Counted from the first letter of the stretch, positions 8,372 to 18,390 are shown. The stretch: DNA of 64,000 nt from Firmicutes bacterium ADurb.Bin080 (GCA_002070965.1 MWEH01000151.1:2252-66251), one strand, 5' to 3'. Program-made: numbers and translations. The notes: generated by a model not told the origin, from the letters alone.

Positions 8372-10735
8372 TTACTTCTGCAACCCAAAAACTATACCCG
8401 CTATCCTTGCACTAGACATGGCATCTTTTGCATAGTAATTAGCGCCAATTTTTTCTGCATATTTTTCGGTAAGAACGGCCCCTCCCACCATAATAGGTAT
8501 AGAAATCCTTTTCTTTAAGTAGCCAATGGTTTTTTCCATATTTGTTACTGTAGTAGTCATCAAAGCGGATAGGCCGATTAAGCCCGCATTATTATCAAGC
8601 GAAGCCTGTAGTATTTCCTCTTTTTTCACATCTTTCCCTAAATCAATTACCCTATAACCATAGTTCTCAAGTATTACTTTCACAATATTTTTCCCAATGT
8701 CATGTATATCTCCCTCAACAGTTGCTAAAACAATCGTTCCCTTTGAGTCTGACATTGCATTTGTCCTGGTCAATTCATTTTTAATTACAAAAAAAGCTTC
8801 CTTGGCGCTATCTGCACTTTGTAATAATTGTGGTAGAAAAATGCTACCCATTTCAAAGTTTTTCCCGATTTTATCCAAGGTTGGAATAAGCAAGTTGTTC
8901 ACTATGTCTAAAGGCTCCTTCCCTGAAGATATTAATTCTCTAGTTAAGATTCCTGACTCCTTTCTTAATCCTTTTTCTATAGCTTTTTCTAAGGTTAACA
9001 CCTCTTCTAAATGTTTAACTTCAGAAGATGAAAATGTACTTAAATATGTTTCAAACTTTGAATCATTACCACTTAAAGCACAGTGAGCGTTATAAACATC
9101 GGTCATCGCCTTATTGGTTGGATCAACAATTCCCGCAGAAAGTCCCGCGGCTAAAGTTTGCGCAAAAAAGACCGCATTTATCAAAGCACGGTTAGGTAGC
9201 CCAAAGGAAATATTCGAAACACCAAGAACTGTATTAAGTCCCAGGTTGTATTTACATACGCGAATAACATCCAATACAATTGAAGCGTTGGCCTGTCCAG
9301 TGCTAATAGTCATAGCAAGTGGGTCAAAAAGAAATCTTTCTTTCGGGAGACCATATTTTGCGGCTTCTTTAATAATTCTCTTTGCTATATCCAATCTTCC
9401 TTCGGAGGTTTCCGGAATCCCTTTTTCATCCAGCATTAAAGCTACGCAAATGCCCCCATACTTTTCCATAAGCGGAAAAACAACTTCCATACTTTCTTTT
9501 TTCCCGTTCACAGAATTTATTAAAGGTATACCGTTGTATATTCTAATGGCTTGTTCCATCCCCTCCATATCGGCTGTATCTATTTGTAAAGGTCTGTCAG
9601 TAATCGCTTGAATATTTACTATTGATTCCTTAAGCATTTCTTTCTCTAAAATGTCTGGAAGGCCCACATTAACATCAAGAATATCGGCACCAGACTCAAC
9701 CTGACGAATGGCCTCAGCTTTAATATAATCGAAATTTTTGCTTCGCAGCGCTTCCTTAAGAGGAGCTTTTCCCGTCGGATTCAATCTTTCACCAATAATT
9801 CTTGGCTTTTCCCCAAAAGAAACCGTCTTAGCATATGAGCAAATCATCGGGACATATTTGTTTGTCCCTCTTTTCTTTGGGCTCTTATCTCGCAGTCTTG
9901 AAACTGCCTCGATGTAAGATGGAGTAGTTCCGCAACAACCCCCAATAAGACTGACTCCCATGTCAACGGCCTGTTCAATATATTCAGAAAAAGCGCGCTC
10001 ATCAGTATCATATTTAAGTTTGCCGTTAATTATATAAGGCATACCGGCATTTGGTTTAATCATTATTGGAATATTAACTTTACTAATTATTTCAGGTATC
10101 CAATCAAGCATCTTTTGCGGGCCAAACCCACAATTGAGGCCTAATACATCCACACCCAAACCCTCAATATAACAAGCCAAAGTGCTTAGATCAGCCCCTG
10201 TTAGTGTCTTCCCTGAAGAGTCTAAAGTAACGCTTGCAATAATAGGAAGATCTGAGTTTTCCTTACATGCTAATACAGCAGCTTTTAACTCATACAAATC
10301 AGTCATGGTTTCAATAACTAACAAGTCCGCGTTGTTTCCCGCCAAAACCATTTCTTTAAAAGTCTCATATGCTTGTTCAAATGAAAGGTCGCCAAAAGGA
10401 TAAATCAATTTACCTGTCGGGCCGATATCCAATCCAACATATACTTTCTTTGAAGACCCAACTGCAACGTTTTCTGCAATCTCTACAGCTTTTCCTACAA
10501 TCAGAGGAGCAAGTTCCCCAAATTTCAATCTGTTTGCGCCAAAGGTATTCGTTAATATAATGTCAGATCCAGCATCAACATAAAGTTTGTGCATTTCTTG
10601 TATTATTTCAGGGTGACTTAGACACCAGCTTTCCGGCTTCTCTCCTCCTTTCAGTCCATAATTGGTTTGAAGAAAGGTCCCGCAAGCCCCGTCCATAATC
10701 AATATTTCATTTTTTATTCTCTCTGATATTTTCAT
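8372..10735 (-). CDS. metH: Cobalamin-dependent methionine synthase (Hcy-binding, pterin-binding and B12-binding modules; no AdoMet reactivation domain)
   Basis: 787-aa ORF with GGCCGT (Hcy/zinc site) and EGDIHDIGKNIV (DxHxxG B12-binding motif). Its length is consistent with the three-module short MetH. Confidence 0.9.
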   Translation of the reverse strand: MKISERIKNEILIMDGACGTFLQTNYGLKGGEKPESWCLSHPEIIQEMHKLYVDAGSDIILTNTFGANRLKFGELAPLIVGKAVEIAENVAVGSSKKVYVGLDIGPTGKLIYPFGDLSFEQAYETFKEMVLAGNNADLLVIETMTDLYELKAAVLACKENSDLPIIASVTLDSSGKTLTGADLSTLACYIEGLGVDVLGLNCGFGPQKMLDWIPEIISKVNIPIMIKPNAGMPYIINGKLKYDTDERAFSEYIEQAVDMGVSLIGGCCGTTPSYIEAVSRLRDKSPKKRGTNKYVPMICSYAKTVSFGEKPRIIGERLNPTGKAPLKEALRSKNFDYIKAEAIRQVESGADILDVNVGLPDILEKEMLKESIVNIQAITDRPLQIDTADMEGMEQAIRIYNGIPLINSVNGKKESMEVVFPLMEKYGGICVALMLDEKGIPETSEGRLDIAKRIIKEAAKYGLPKERFLFDPLAMTISTGQANASIVLDVIRVCKYNLGLNTVLGVSNISFGLPNRALINAVFFAQTLAAGLSAGIVDPTNKAMTDVYNAHCALSGNDSKFETYLSTFSSSEVKHLEEVLTLEKAIEKGLRKESGILTRELISSGKEPLDIVNNLLIPTLDKIGKNFEMGSIFLPQLLQSADSAKEAFFVIKNELTRTNAMSDSKGTIVLATVEGDIHDIGKNIVKVILENYGYRVIDLGKDVKKEEILQASLDNNAGLIGLSALMTTTVTNMEKTIGYLKKRISIPIMVGGAVLTEKYAEKIGANYYAKDAMSSARIAGIVFGLQK

Positions 10736-10808
10736 TTTTTTCCTTGAATATAGATTTTCTGAAAAAATTTTCCTAAAAATAACTTCAAACTAGAATTTAT
10801 CTGTACTA

Positions 10809-11675
10809 CTAGTCCAGCATCGAGCAAATGTTTTCTTTAATCTTAATCGCAACATCAGGTTTATTCATGGTGTAAAGATGAATATTTTTAAATCCATTCG
10901 CAAGTAAATCCACAATTTGAGAGGTCGCGTATGCTATTCCAGCCTGTTTTAAAGAAATAGGATCATCAGAAAACCGACTAATTATTGCTCTAAAGTTTTG
11001 TGGAAGAGCCGTTCCATTTATTCCACATATTCTTTCACACTGCTTAACATTAGTTATGGGCATAATTCCTGCAACAATTGGAACATTTATCCCTCGTCTT
11101 AATAGCTTATACATATAGTTATACAAAATGTTATTATCAAAAAACATTTGTGTTGTCAAAAATTGACATCCGCTTTCAACTTTTTTCTTTATATTATCAA
11201 TGTCTTCATCCACAGATTTTGATTCGGGGTGCCCCTCTGGGTAACAAGCCCCCCCAACACAAAAACAACTCATTTCTCTAATTTCTTTTATTAGGTCAGA
11301 GGCATATCTATATCCCCCCGGTATAGGGAAGTTTAACCCTTCGGGAATGTCTCCTCTCAAGGCAAGTACATTCTCAATTCCGCATCCCTTTAACCCATCA
11401 AGTACATCCCGAACTTTTTGCTTATCTGAAGACACGCAAGTAAGATGTGCTAATGCAGTTATTCCATTTACACACTGTACTTCCTTTGCCATTTCTATTG
11501 TGTTATCACTATTATCTCCAGTCGAACCATAAGTCACGCTCATATAACTTGGATTGAGCAGCGCTAGGTCTTTTATCAATGTTTTTGCCCCACTAAGAGC
11601 AGTCCCCTTCTTTGGAGGGAAAATTTCAAGTGAAAATGATACTTTTTTTGATTCAAGAATATCCTTAATAGTCAT
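10809..11675 (-). CDS. metF: 5,10-methylenetetrahydrofolate reductase
   Basis: 288-aa ORF. SFEIFPPK near the N-terminus, HLTC and ALRGD motifs are typical of MetF. It lies immediately upstream of metH. Confidence 0.9.
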   Translation of the reverse strand: MTIKDILESKKVSFSLEIFPPKKGTALSGAKTLIKDLALLNPSYMSVTYGSTGDNSDNTIEMAKEVQCVNGITALAHLTCVSSDKQKVRDVLDGLKGCGIENVLALRGDIPEGLNFPIPGGYRYASDLIKEIREMSCFCVGGACYPEGHPESKSVDEDIDNIKKKVESGCQFLTTQMFFDNNILYNYMYKLLRRGINVPIVAGIMPITNVKQCERICGINGTALPQNFRAIISRFSDDPISLKQAGIAYATSQIVDLLANGFKNIHLYTMNKPDVAIKIKENICSMLD

Positions 11676-11727
11676 ATATAATCCTTTATGTTGTTCCGCG
11701 CTGTTTTGTGGAGACGATATACGTGAG

Positions 11728-11756
11728 ATTATAACAAATCATTGCTATTTTATCAA
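11728..11756 (-). promoter_or_regulatory. Sigma-70-type promoter TTGATA-17-TATAAT for metF-metH
   Basis: On the minus strand, TTGATA (11751-11756), 17-nt spacer, TATAAT (11728-11733). It sits about 50 nt upstream of the metF ATG. Confidence 0.55.
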
Positions 11757-11928
11757 CTTATGCCCCGTAATTTATATTCTTGAGCTTTTTTATTATGGAT
11801 TATTAGAACAATAAAGCACCAATTCTTAATTATTATATTTTTACTTATATGGGTTGATTACTTATTCGAATTATTAATTGTTAGACTTTCACGTTTTTGT
11901 TATTATATACGGAAGAAGGAATTAAAAC

Positions 11929-13479
11929 ATGAAGAAACCGCTAAATTTATTTGTTGCAATACTCGCTTGCTTGACATTATCTATCTTATCATCAGGTATT
12001 ATTTTATCTGAGATTTCTTTAGACAGTATTCCAATATATTCAATAGTGTCAATGGAGGAGAAATATGCAAACACAGATAACGAAGGATACTCCCCTATTT
12101 CTTTAGATGATATATACATCCCAAGCAATATACCTCAAAACACTTTTGGACTAAAGATATATAATGGTTCAAGCTGGCAACCATCCGAAATTGTTGAAAA
12201 CAATCCTTTCGACTATTCGAAACCCACAGTAATATATACTCATGGAATGGGAACCGGAAATGGCATCGACAATCCTGATATTTGGTTTTCAAAAGGGTAC
12301 AATGTCTGTCATTTTCTTTGGGGCGCATTTTCTGATGATTTGCCTACGAGTGGACAAGACAAAGTGTGGGCAAAAGGTAAATACCCAAACAGCGATAAAA
12401 ATATTTTGTCTTATACAGATGCTCCCTGGACATCCGGGGCAATAACAAGATACTTAACCGATGTTCCTGATCACTCTATTACTGAAATTTATGCTGCTTA
12501 TTACTTAGATTTAATCATGCGAGAGAATTATAATGGGAAAGAAATCAGATTCTTTGGGCACTCTTTAGGCGCTCATCTCAGCATGTCTCTAACTAATTAT
12601 TTAATGTTTTGTGTAGAAAAAAGAGAGATTCCTCCGTCAGTATTGCCTGATCGAGTGACTATGCTTGATCCGTATATCTCAGATTTTGTTTCAAACTTAA
12701 ATTGTTCTTGGAGTGGAGAGAGCATGAAAGAAGGCAGTTCAAAAAAAGCGTTGGAAACTTCTTTGAAAGCTCGAGATTTTGGAATAGCTTTTGAAGAGTT
12801 AAGAACTTCTCAATATGTCGGTATTGCAGCTTATGCGATGTTTATGGCTTCAGATCCTACAGCTAATCCGGACGACTCAGATTATGGTCTTTTCAAAAAA
12901 ATTATAATGTATTCTTACGTGAACACAAACTTTCTGGCAGATAAATTACCCTATATTTCTGCTGTAGAACGCATGCATTCTATTTCAGAGTATTGGTATG
13001 CAGAAATGATGAATCATGATTATCTTTATGAGCAAGACTCTTTAAGTTATGGAATGGCTCCATTTTCCGAAAAAGAATATGTTTATTCGCGGATGGGGAA
13101 TAAATATGAAATAAGTTTTTCTGAAACAGAATATGATACATCCGATGATTCGGTTGTATCAGATATAACACGAGCAAAGGTCTCTGGGTTTATTTTTGAG
13201 GATAAAAACAATAATGGGATTTTCGATGAACGTTTAAAGAGCCAGCTCCTGGGAGTAAAAATCTCTCTGATGGATGAAAACAACAATGAATTGGTATCTC
13301 AAACTACAGATTTAAATGGATATTATTCTTTCGATCTTGAGCTCGGAAAAAAATATAAGCTGAATATCATCGAAGACTCAAACTATAAACTCGGGGTTTT
13401 CTCTTCAGAATTATTTGAAGCATTAGAAAATAAAGAATTATTAATCCTAAACTTACCTATGATAAAGAACCTCTCTTAA
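11929..13479 (+). CDS. Secreted alpha/beta-hydrolase (lipase-like) with a C-terminal SdrD-B/Cna-B-like beta-sandwich domain
   Basis: 516-aa ORF with an N-terminal signal peptide, the GHSLGAH nucleophile elbow (GxSxG), and a C-terminus GFIFEDKNNNGIFDE...TTDLNGYYSF typical of SD-repeat B-type domains. Confidence 0.65.
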   Translation: MKKPLNLFVAILACLTLSILSSGIILSEISLDSIPIYSIVSMEEKYANTDNEGYSPISLDDIYIPSNIPQNTFGLKIYNGSSWQPSEIVENNPFDYSKPTVIYTHGMGTGNGIDNPDIWFSKGYNVCHFLWGAFSDDLPTSGQDKVWAKGKYPNSDKNILSYTDAPWTSGAITRYLTDVPDHSITEIYAAYYLDLIMRENYNGKEIRFFGHSLGAHLSMSLTNYLMFCVEKREIPPSVLPDRVTMLDPYISDFVSNLNCSWSGESMKEGSSKKALETSLKARDFGIAFEELRTSQYVGIAAYAMFMASDPTANPDDSDYGLFKKIIMYSYVNTNFLADKLPYISAVERMHSISEYWYAEMMNHDYLYEQDSLSYGMAPFSEKEYVYSRMGNKYEISFSETEYDTSDDSVVSDITRAKVSGFIFEDKNNNGIFDERLKSQLLGVKISLMDENNNELVSQTTDLNGYYSFDLELGKKYKLNIIEDSNYKLGVFSSELFEALENKELLILNLPMIKNLS

Positions 13480-13531
13480 TAATTTATCTTTTATTTGTTT
13501 GACGGGATTTTCCTTAATTCTTTCTTATTCT

Positions 13532-13706
13532 TTTGAGAATTATGTTACCAGAGAAGACGATTACACTCTTTTTTGTCTATTAAGACATATATCTTACTTT
13601 TTCAAGCAGTTCAAAATATATTTGAGAAATATGTTGTCGGAGTAAGTGAATACTCTTTTTGTCTATTAAGGCATATATCTTACTTTTTCAAACAGCTCAA
13701 AATATA
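13532..13706. repeat. Tandem direct repeat (89 + 86 nt) duplicating the 3' end and stop codon of the RimK-like gene
   Basis: Copy 1 at 13532-13620 and copy 2 at 13621-13706 align over their full length with a few substitutions and indels. Copy 2 contains the real stop (13680-13682) and the last 8 codons. Weaker similarity continues into the CDS (13707-13760). Confidence 0.85.
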
Positions 13707-14543
13707 TCTGGCATAGATTTCCGTTACCGGAACCCCAGTAATTTTTTCCATCGTTTGAGTAAGAGCGTTTGAATTTACCTCAGCAAGTACTGGACCCTTA
13801 TTACCGAAAAGTAAATCTACACCGCAATAGTCAAGCTTCAGTAACTTTGCACACTTTTCAGCGATTTTTATATACTCATTATCAGGAGAGTACTCCTCTC
13901 CTTTTCCTCCAGTGGCTATTCCACTTCTAAAATCACCTGAGTAATTTTCTCTCTTCATCCATGCGACAGCTTTTCCCCCAATAACTATTATTCTTAAATC
14001 TTTTCCTGAGCTTTCTGAAATAAAACTCTGGGCAAGATATCTGCCTCTACATGTTTCAAGCCTAGAAATGAATTCATTGTAGCTCTTGATTAGAAAAACG
14101 CCCATACCCAATGAGCTGTTATTTTCTTTTAATACAAATGGTCTTCCACATTGCTTTACTATATTTTCATAGTCATTCAATGTCGCATATGGTTCTCTAT
14201 AGACTATAGGTAGAGAGCATGTATCCGGTACAGTTACCCCCTTCCCCGAGAGTCGGATATAGGTCAACATCTTATCATCGCAAATTTCAATTGCTTCTGC
14301 TCTATTGAAAACTCTTATCCCTGCTTTCTCCAACATCCTTGCAAGCTCTATATCCTTGTCTAAAAAAATACAGAAGTCAGCATCAATCCCTAGTTCAACA
14401 TTGTTTTTAGATATCTTTGCAATTGTCAGATTGTTTCTCAGTATTTCTATAGAATGTCCCATATTTTCAAATGAGAGTTTTATAGAGTTGGCCTGCTTAT
14501 CTAAAGATAAATCCGTTTTGTTAAGTATAATTATCCCTTGCAT
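13680..14543 (-). CDS. RimK-family ATP-grasp ligase (alpha-L-glutamate ligase-like)
   Basis: 287-aa ORF. Size and ATP-grasp layout (…PFVLKENNSSLGMGVFL…, …DLRIIVIGGK…, …GVDLLF…AEVNSN…) resemble RimK/LysX ligases. Confidence 0.75.
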   Translation of the reverse strand: MQGIIILNKTDLSLDKQANSIKLSFENMGHSIEILRNNLTIAKISKNNVELGIDADFCIFLDKDIELARMLEKAGIRVFNRAEAIEICDDKMLTYIRLSGKGVTVPDTCSLPIVYREPYATLNDYENIVKQCGRPFVLKENNSSLGMGVFLIKSYNEFISRLETCRGRYLAQSFISESSGKDLRIIVIGGKAVAWMKRENYSGDFRSGIATGGKGEEYSPDNEYIKIAEKCAKLLKLDYCGVDLLFGNKGPVLAEVNSNALTQTMEKITGVPVTEIYARYILSCLKK

Positions 14544-14604
14544 TTATTCTCCAAAAATTTTTCGTTATATAGTAGCAATAGAATCGTTAATGCCAGCAGT
14601 TAAT

Positions 14605-14632
14605 TTGACAAATCAGTCGATAATGATATAAT
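14605..14632 (+). promoter_or_regulatory. Promoter TTGACA-16-TATAAT with extended -10 (TGaTATAAT) for trkAH
   Basis: TTGACA at 14605-14610, TG at 14624-14625, TATAAT at 14627-14632, about 50 nt before the trkA ATG. Confidence 0.55.
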
Positions 14633-14682
14633 AACATAACGTAAATATATATATAAACTATAAATTAACGATAAGGACTAAT

Positions 14683-16035
14683 ATGAATATAGTAATAGTT
14701 GGGGCTGGTAGCGTAGGTTCGGAATTGGTTGAACAACTTGCTCTTGAGGACCATAATATTGTAATAATTGACACTCAAGGCGAAGTAATAGAAAATTTAA
14801 TCAATTCATTCGATGTAAAAGGTATTTGTGGAAATGGAGCAAGCCACGAAATAATGTCTGAAGCTGAAGTCCACGACAGCGATTTATTGATTGCCTGCAC
14901 CCAAAATGATGAATTAAATATTTTGTGTTGTCTTCTCGCAAAAAGTTTCGGGGCCAGCGACACAATAGCCAGGGTGAGAAATCCTGAATATTTCAAATTA
15001 TTCACAGAGCGTAATATTAATCTGTCCATGATGATAAATGCAGAACTCGAAGCCGCTCTAGAAATTTCAAGAAGTTTACGATATCAACAAGCAATCATGA
15101 TTGAGCCTTTCGCCAACGGGAAAGTAGAAATTGTTGAAATAAAGGTAGAAGAAAAATCTCTTTTGGATGGCTTGAAGCTAATTGATATTCCCAGCAAGCT
15201 TGGAGTTAAGTTCCTTGTAACTGCCGTAGACCGAGGAGATGAAGTTATTATCCCTAGTGGATATTTTGAGCTTCATTCTAATGATAAGATCTATATTCTT
15301 GCTTCTAGCAAAGACATATTCCTTTTATTCAAGAAATTGGGAATCGCTCGAGGCGCAAAGAGCATTATGATTATCGGGGGTTCAAGGATTGCTTCCTACT
15401 TGGCAGATGAGCTTTCAAAAGTGGATATTAAAGTAAAAATAATTGAGAAAGATAAGTCTCGTTGTGAAGAACTTGATGAGGAACTTCCTAAGGCAGAAAT
15501 AATATGCGGAGATGGAACAAATCAGGATTTATTGATTGATGAAGGAATGCTAAATTGCGATGCGGTTGTATCTCTGTGTCCAATAGATGAACAAAATATC
15601 ATAATATCCCTTTTTGCTCTTTCAAAAAATATTGGAAAAATCATAACCAAGATTGACAAACCCACTTACAGTAAACTACTTTCCGCAAGTGGTCTAGATA
15701 GCATAGTATCGCTTAGAAAATCAACCTCTGACCAAATAATCCGATATGTCCGAAGTAAACAGAATTCTATGGGAAGCAAGATTAACCGACTTTACAGTAT
15801 ATTACAGGGTAAAGCGGAGGCAATCGAGTTCCAAGTTAATGATTCTTTCAAAGCTTGTTCCATACCTCTTAAAGATCTTAAAACTATTCAGGATATTTTG
15901 ATCGGAGGTATTGTCAGAAATGATAAGCTTATCATACCTGGAGGGAATGATACTATTGAAAATGGTGACAGTGTAATTATTGTTTCTGCTGTCAGAGCAG
16001 AACAACTCGACGATTTAAATGATATTTTGGAATAA
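14683..16035 (+). CDS. trkA: Trk potassium uptake system, NAD-binding peripheral subunit (tandem RCK domains)
   Basis: 450-aa ORF. It has two GxGxxG Rossmann motifs (IVGAGSVGSEL and IIGGSRIASYL), each followed by an RCK_C-like segment. trkH follows after 3 nt. Confidence 0.9.
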   Translation: MNIVIVGAGSVGSELVEQLALEDHNIVIIDTQGEVIENLINSFDVKGICGNGASHEIMSEAEVHDSDLLIACTQNDELNILCCLLAKSFGASDTIARVRNPEYFKLFTERNINLSMMINAELEAALEISRSLRYQQAIMIEPFANGKVEIVEIKVEEKSLLDGLKLIDIPSKLGVKFLVTAVDRGDEVIIPSGYFELHSNDKIYILASSKDIFLLFKKLGIARGAKSIMIIGGSRIASYLADELSKVDIKVKIIEKDKSRCEELDEELPKAEIICGDGTNQDLLIDEGMLNCDAVVSLCPIDEQNIIISLFALSKNIGKIITKIDKPTYSKLLSASGLDSIVSLRKSTSDQIIRYVRSKQNSMGSKINRLYSILQGKAEAIEFQVNDSFKACSIPLKDLKTIQDILIGGIVRNDKLIIPGGNDTIENGDSVIIVSAVRAEQLDDLNDILE

Positions 16036-16038
16036 GCA

Positions 16039-17505
16039 ATGAATTATAGAATGAGCCTATATCTGCTTGGCCAGATAAGCATAACAATAGCTTGCACACT
16101 AGTGATTCCTTTAGCATTATCCCTCGGTTATCAAGAAACTGGGACACCTATATGGTTTTCTATTTCGATAGCAATTCTTCTCTCATTTGGAATCCCATCA
16201 GTGGTAAAAAAGCCAAAAGATACCAACATGAAGGCAAAAGGGGGGTTCATAACAGTTGCAATAGCTTGGATATGGCTTTCTGCGGTTACTTGTTTGCCTT
16301 TTATTCTTAGTGGAGTTCTCCCCAATTTTTTTGATGCCTTTTTTGAGATTGTTTCTGGTTTCACCACCACTGGAGCAACAGTTTTAACTAACATAGAGAT
16401 AGTACCAAAGAGCTTGTTGTTCTGGAGAAGCTTCACAAACTGGCTGGGAGGAATGGGAATACTTGTATTCTTGGTTGCTGTAATGCCAAAAACAGATAAC
16501 TCTTTTGTACAAGTCTATAAGGCAGAAGTTCCTGGAATGAGTTTCGGGAAAATGGTTAGCAAACTAAGATTTACTGCCAGAATCCTCTATGCAATATACA
16601 TTTTTCTCACCATTCTGCTTTTCATTTTTCTAGTGTCTGGAGGTATGCCTGTTTTTGACTCAATAATTCATACCTTTTCTTCAGCTGGGACAGGAGGGTT
16701 TTCTAACAAAAACTTAAGTATTGCAGCCTATAACAATATATATTTTGAGATTGTGATCACTGTGTTTCTTCTTCTTTTTGCCATGAACTTTGAAGTATAC
16801 TTCCTAGTATTAATAGGACATCTTGGGTTAGCTTTTAAAAAGGAAGAATTAAGGGCACTTTTTGCTATTTATTTTGTTTCGGTCATTTCAATTACGGCTT
16901 CACTTTTCTCCCATCACATATATCCAAATTTTGGGGAGACCTTAAGATATTCGTCCTTTCAAGTTGCTTCTTTAATGAGCACCACAGGGTTTACCACCAC
17001 CGATTACACTACTTGGCCCCTATTCACGCAACTTATACTTTTGATACTCATGGTTATTGGAGGATCTTCTTCAAGTACGGCAGGAGGCATAAAAATATCT
17101 AGATTCATAACTTTAGCTAAGACAAGTATTAGAGACATAAGAAAGACAATTTCTCCAAGAACTGTAAAAAATGTTAAGTATGATGGAAAAATCATGACTG
17201 ACGATTTGACCTCATCCGTTACTAGTTTTTTCGTAATTTATATGGCAGTATTTGTTATTTCTGTTGCTTTGATTTCTGCAACAAATACACTTTCCGGAGG
17301 AGAAGGATTTTTAACGTATACCAGTGCAGTTATAGCTTGTTTAAGCAACACTGGACCCGGTCTTTCTTTAGTCGGCCCAGCATATAATTACTCCTTCTTT
17401 TCGGGTTTTTCAAAAATCATTTTATCTTTAAATATGCTTCTTGGAAGGTTAGAACTTTATCCCATACTTTTCCTTTTCTATCATAAAGCCTGGAAAAGAT
17501 ATTAG
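16039..17505 (+). CDS. trkH: Trk/Ktr-type potassium transporter membrane subunit
   Basis: 488-aa polytopic ORF with repeated selectivity-filter-like TTTG/STTGF/SAGTGGF motifs. It is translationally adjacent to trkA. Confidence 0.9.
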   Translation: MNYRMSLYLLGQISITIACTLVIPLALSLGYQETGTPIWFSISIAILLSFGIPSVVKKPKDTNMKAKGGFITVAIAWIWLSAVTCLPFILSGVLPNFFDAFFEIVSGFTTTGATVLTNIEIVPKSLLFWRSFTNWLGGMGILVFLVAVMPKTDNSFVQVYKAEVPGMSFGKMVSKLRFTARILYAIYIFLTILLFIFLVSGGMPVFDSIIHTFSSAGTGGFSNKNLSIAAYNNIYFEIVITVFLLLFAMNFEVYFLVLIGHLGLAFKKEELRALFAIYFVSVISITASLFSHHIYPNFGETLRYSSFQVASLMSTTGFTTTDYTTWPLFTQLILLILMVIGGSSSSTAGGIKISRFITLAKTSIRDIRKTISPRTVKNVKYDGKIMTDDLTSSVTSFFVIYMAVFVISVALISATNTLSGGEGFLTYTSAVIACLSNTGPGLSLVGPAYNYSFFSGFSKIILSLNMLLGRLELYPILFLFYHKAWKRY

Positions 17506-17610
17506 TTCAATAATTCCTCACGGATAGAAACATTACAAAGTTGAAAAGCATTTCGGGTAAAAACTTTCTTTTTGCTAAAAATAATATTCTAACACCTAAT
17601 TATAGGCAAT

Positions 17611-18390
17611 TTAATTCTGTAAATAAGGAACAAAAGCTTCCCTTCCATGCTTGCAAATTGGGCAGATAATATCGTCGGTAATTGGCCCATTATGTATATA
17701 CCCACACACTGTACAAATATATTTCTCTTCAGACTCCGAGGGGGCAGCTTTAGGCTTTTCCATTTTTTCCTCTTTCTTATAGCCTTTTAGAGGAACAAAG
17801 GCCTCTCTCCCGTGTTTACATATTGGACATATAATATCATCTGAAATTGGGCCTTTATGAATATATCCACAAATTGTACATATATATGCCTCGCCTTCTT
17901 CCTCAATCTTTTCTTGAGATGGCCTTGGCTTGATGTATTTCTGATAATATGAATATGTCAAAGGTTCATCCCCTTCCGAGAAAACCACTCTGTCTGTAGG
18001 CTGGCAAATGAATTGAGTGTGGGTTCCCATATCAACTTTACTAGACACTTTTAGGTCAAAATAGCCAATCACCCCATCCGTCGGAATCAAGCAGCCATTT
18101 TTGGCCCTTATTGCGGCTACCCCTTCATACTTATTCTCTGTTTTTCCACTTCTCATGCCAAAACCCTTAATAATATCAAAAGTTGCCTTCTCTGAAATTA
18201 TCGCACAACTTGCAATCCCAGTTTTCTCTATCATATCGTGTGTACAATTTAATTTGTTAACTGTTACCGTCAAAACCTCTGGGCTTGAGGTTTGTTGCAT
18301 TAGAGTATTTATTATGCAACCATTGTCTTTATCATTTTCATGGGCAGCTAAAACATATAATCCATAACTGATCTTAAAAAGTAAATTCAT
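17611..18390 (-). CDS. Flavin reductase-like domain fused to two tandem rubredoxin domains (high-molecular-weight rubredoxin type)
   Basis: 259-aa ORF. The N-terminal 150 aa or so look like an FMN-binding split-barrel flavin reductase. They are followed by two copies of YICTxCGYIHxGPIxDDIICPICKHGREAFVP (CxxC...CxxC). Confidence 0.8.
   Translation of the reverse strand: MNLLFKISYGLYVLAAHENDKDNGCIINTLMQQTSSPEVLTVTVNKLNCTHDMIEKTGIASCAIISEKATFDIIKGFGMRSGKTENKYEGVAAIRAKNGCLIPTDGVIGYFDLKVSSKVDMGTHTQFICQPTDRVVFSEGDEPLTYSYYQKYIKPRPSQEKIEEEGEAYICTICGYIHKGPISDDIICPICKHGREAFVPLKGYKKEEKMEKPKAAPSESEEKYICTVCGYIHNGPITDDIICPICKHGREAFVPYLQN

Noticed and set aside
11676-11900. SAM (S-box) riboswitch or T-box upstream of metF
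   Set aside because: A near-consensus promoter lies only about 50 nt from the ATG. I could find none of the S-box core motifs (e.g. CUUAUCAAGAG...GGCCC) and no T-box sequence on the coding strand.
13532-13706. Could the tandem repeats (here and at 18481, 30529, 58955 and 61548) be CRISPR arrays or a mobile/REP element family?
   Set aside because: The copies are contiguous without unique spacers, they diverge from one another, they are not palindromic, and the unit sequence differs completely between loci. No cas, transposase or integrase genes are present in the window.
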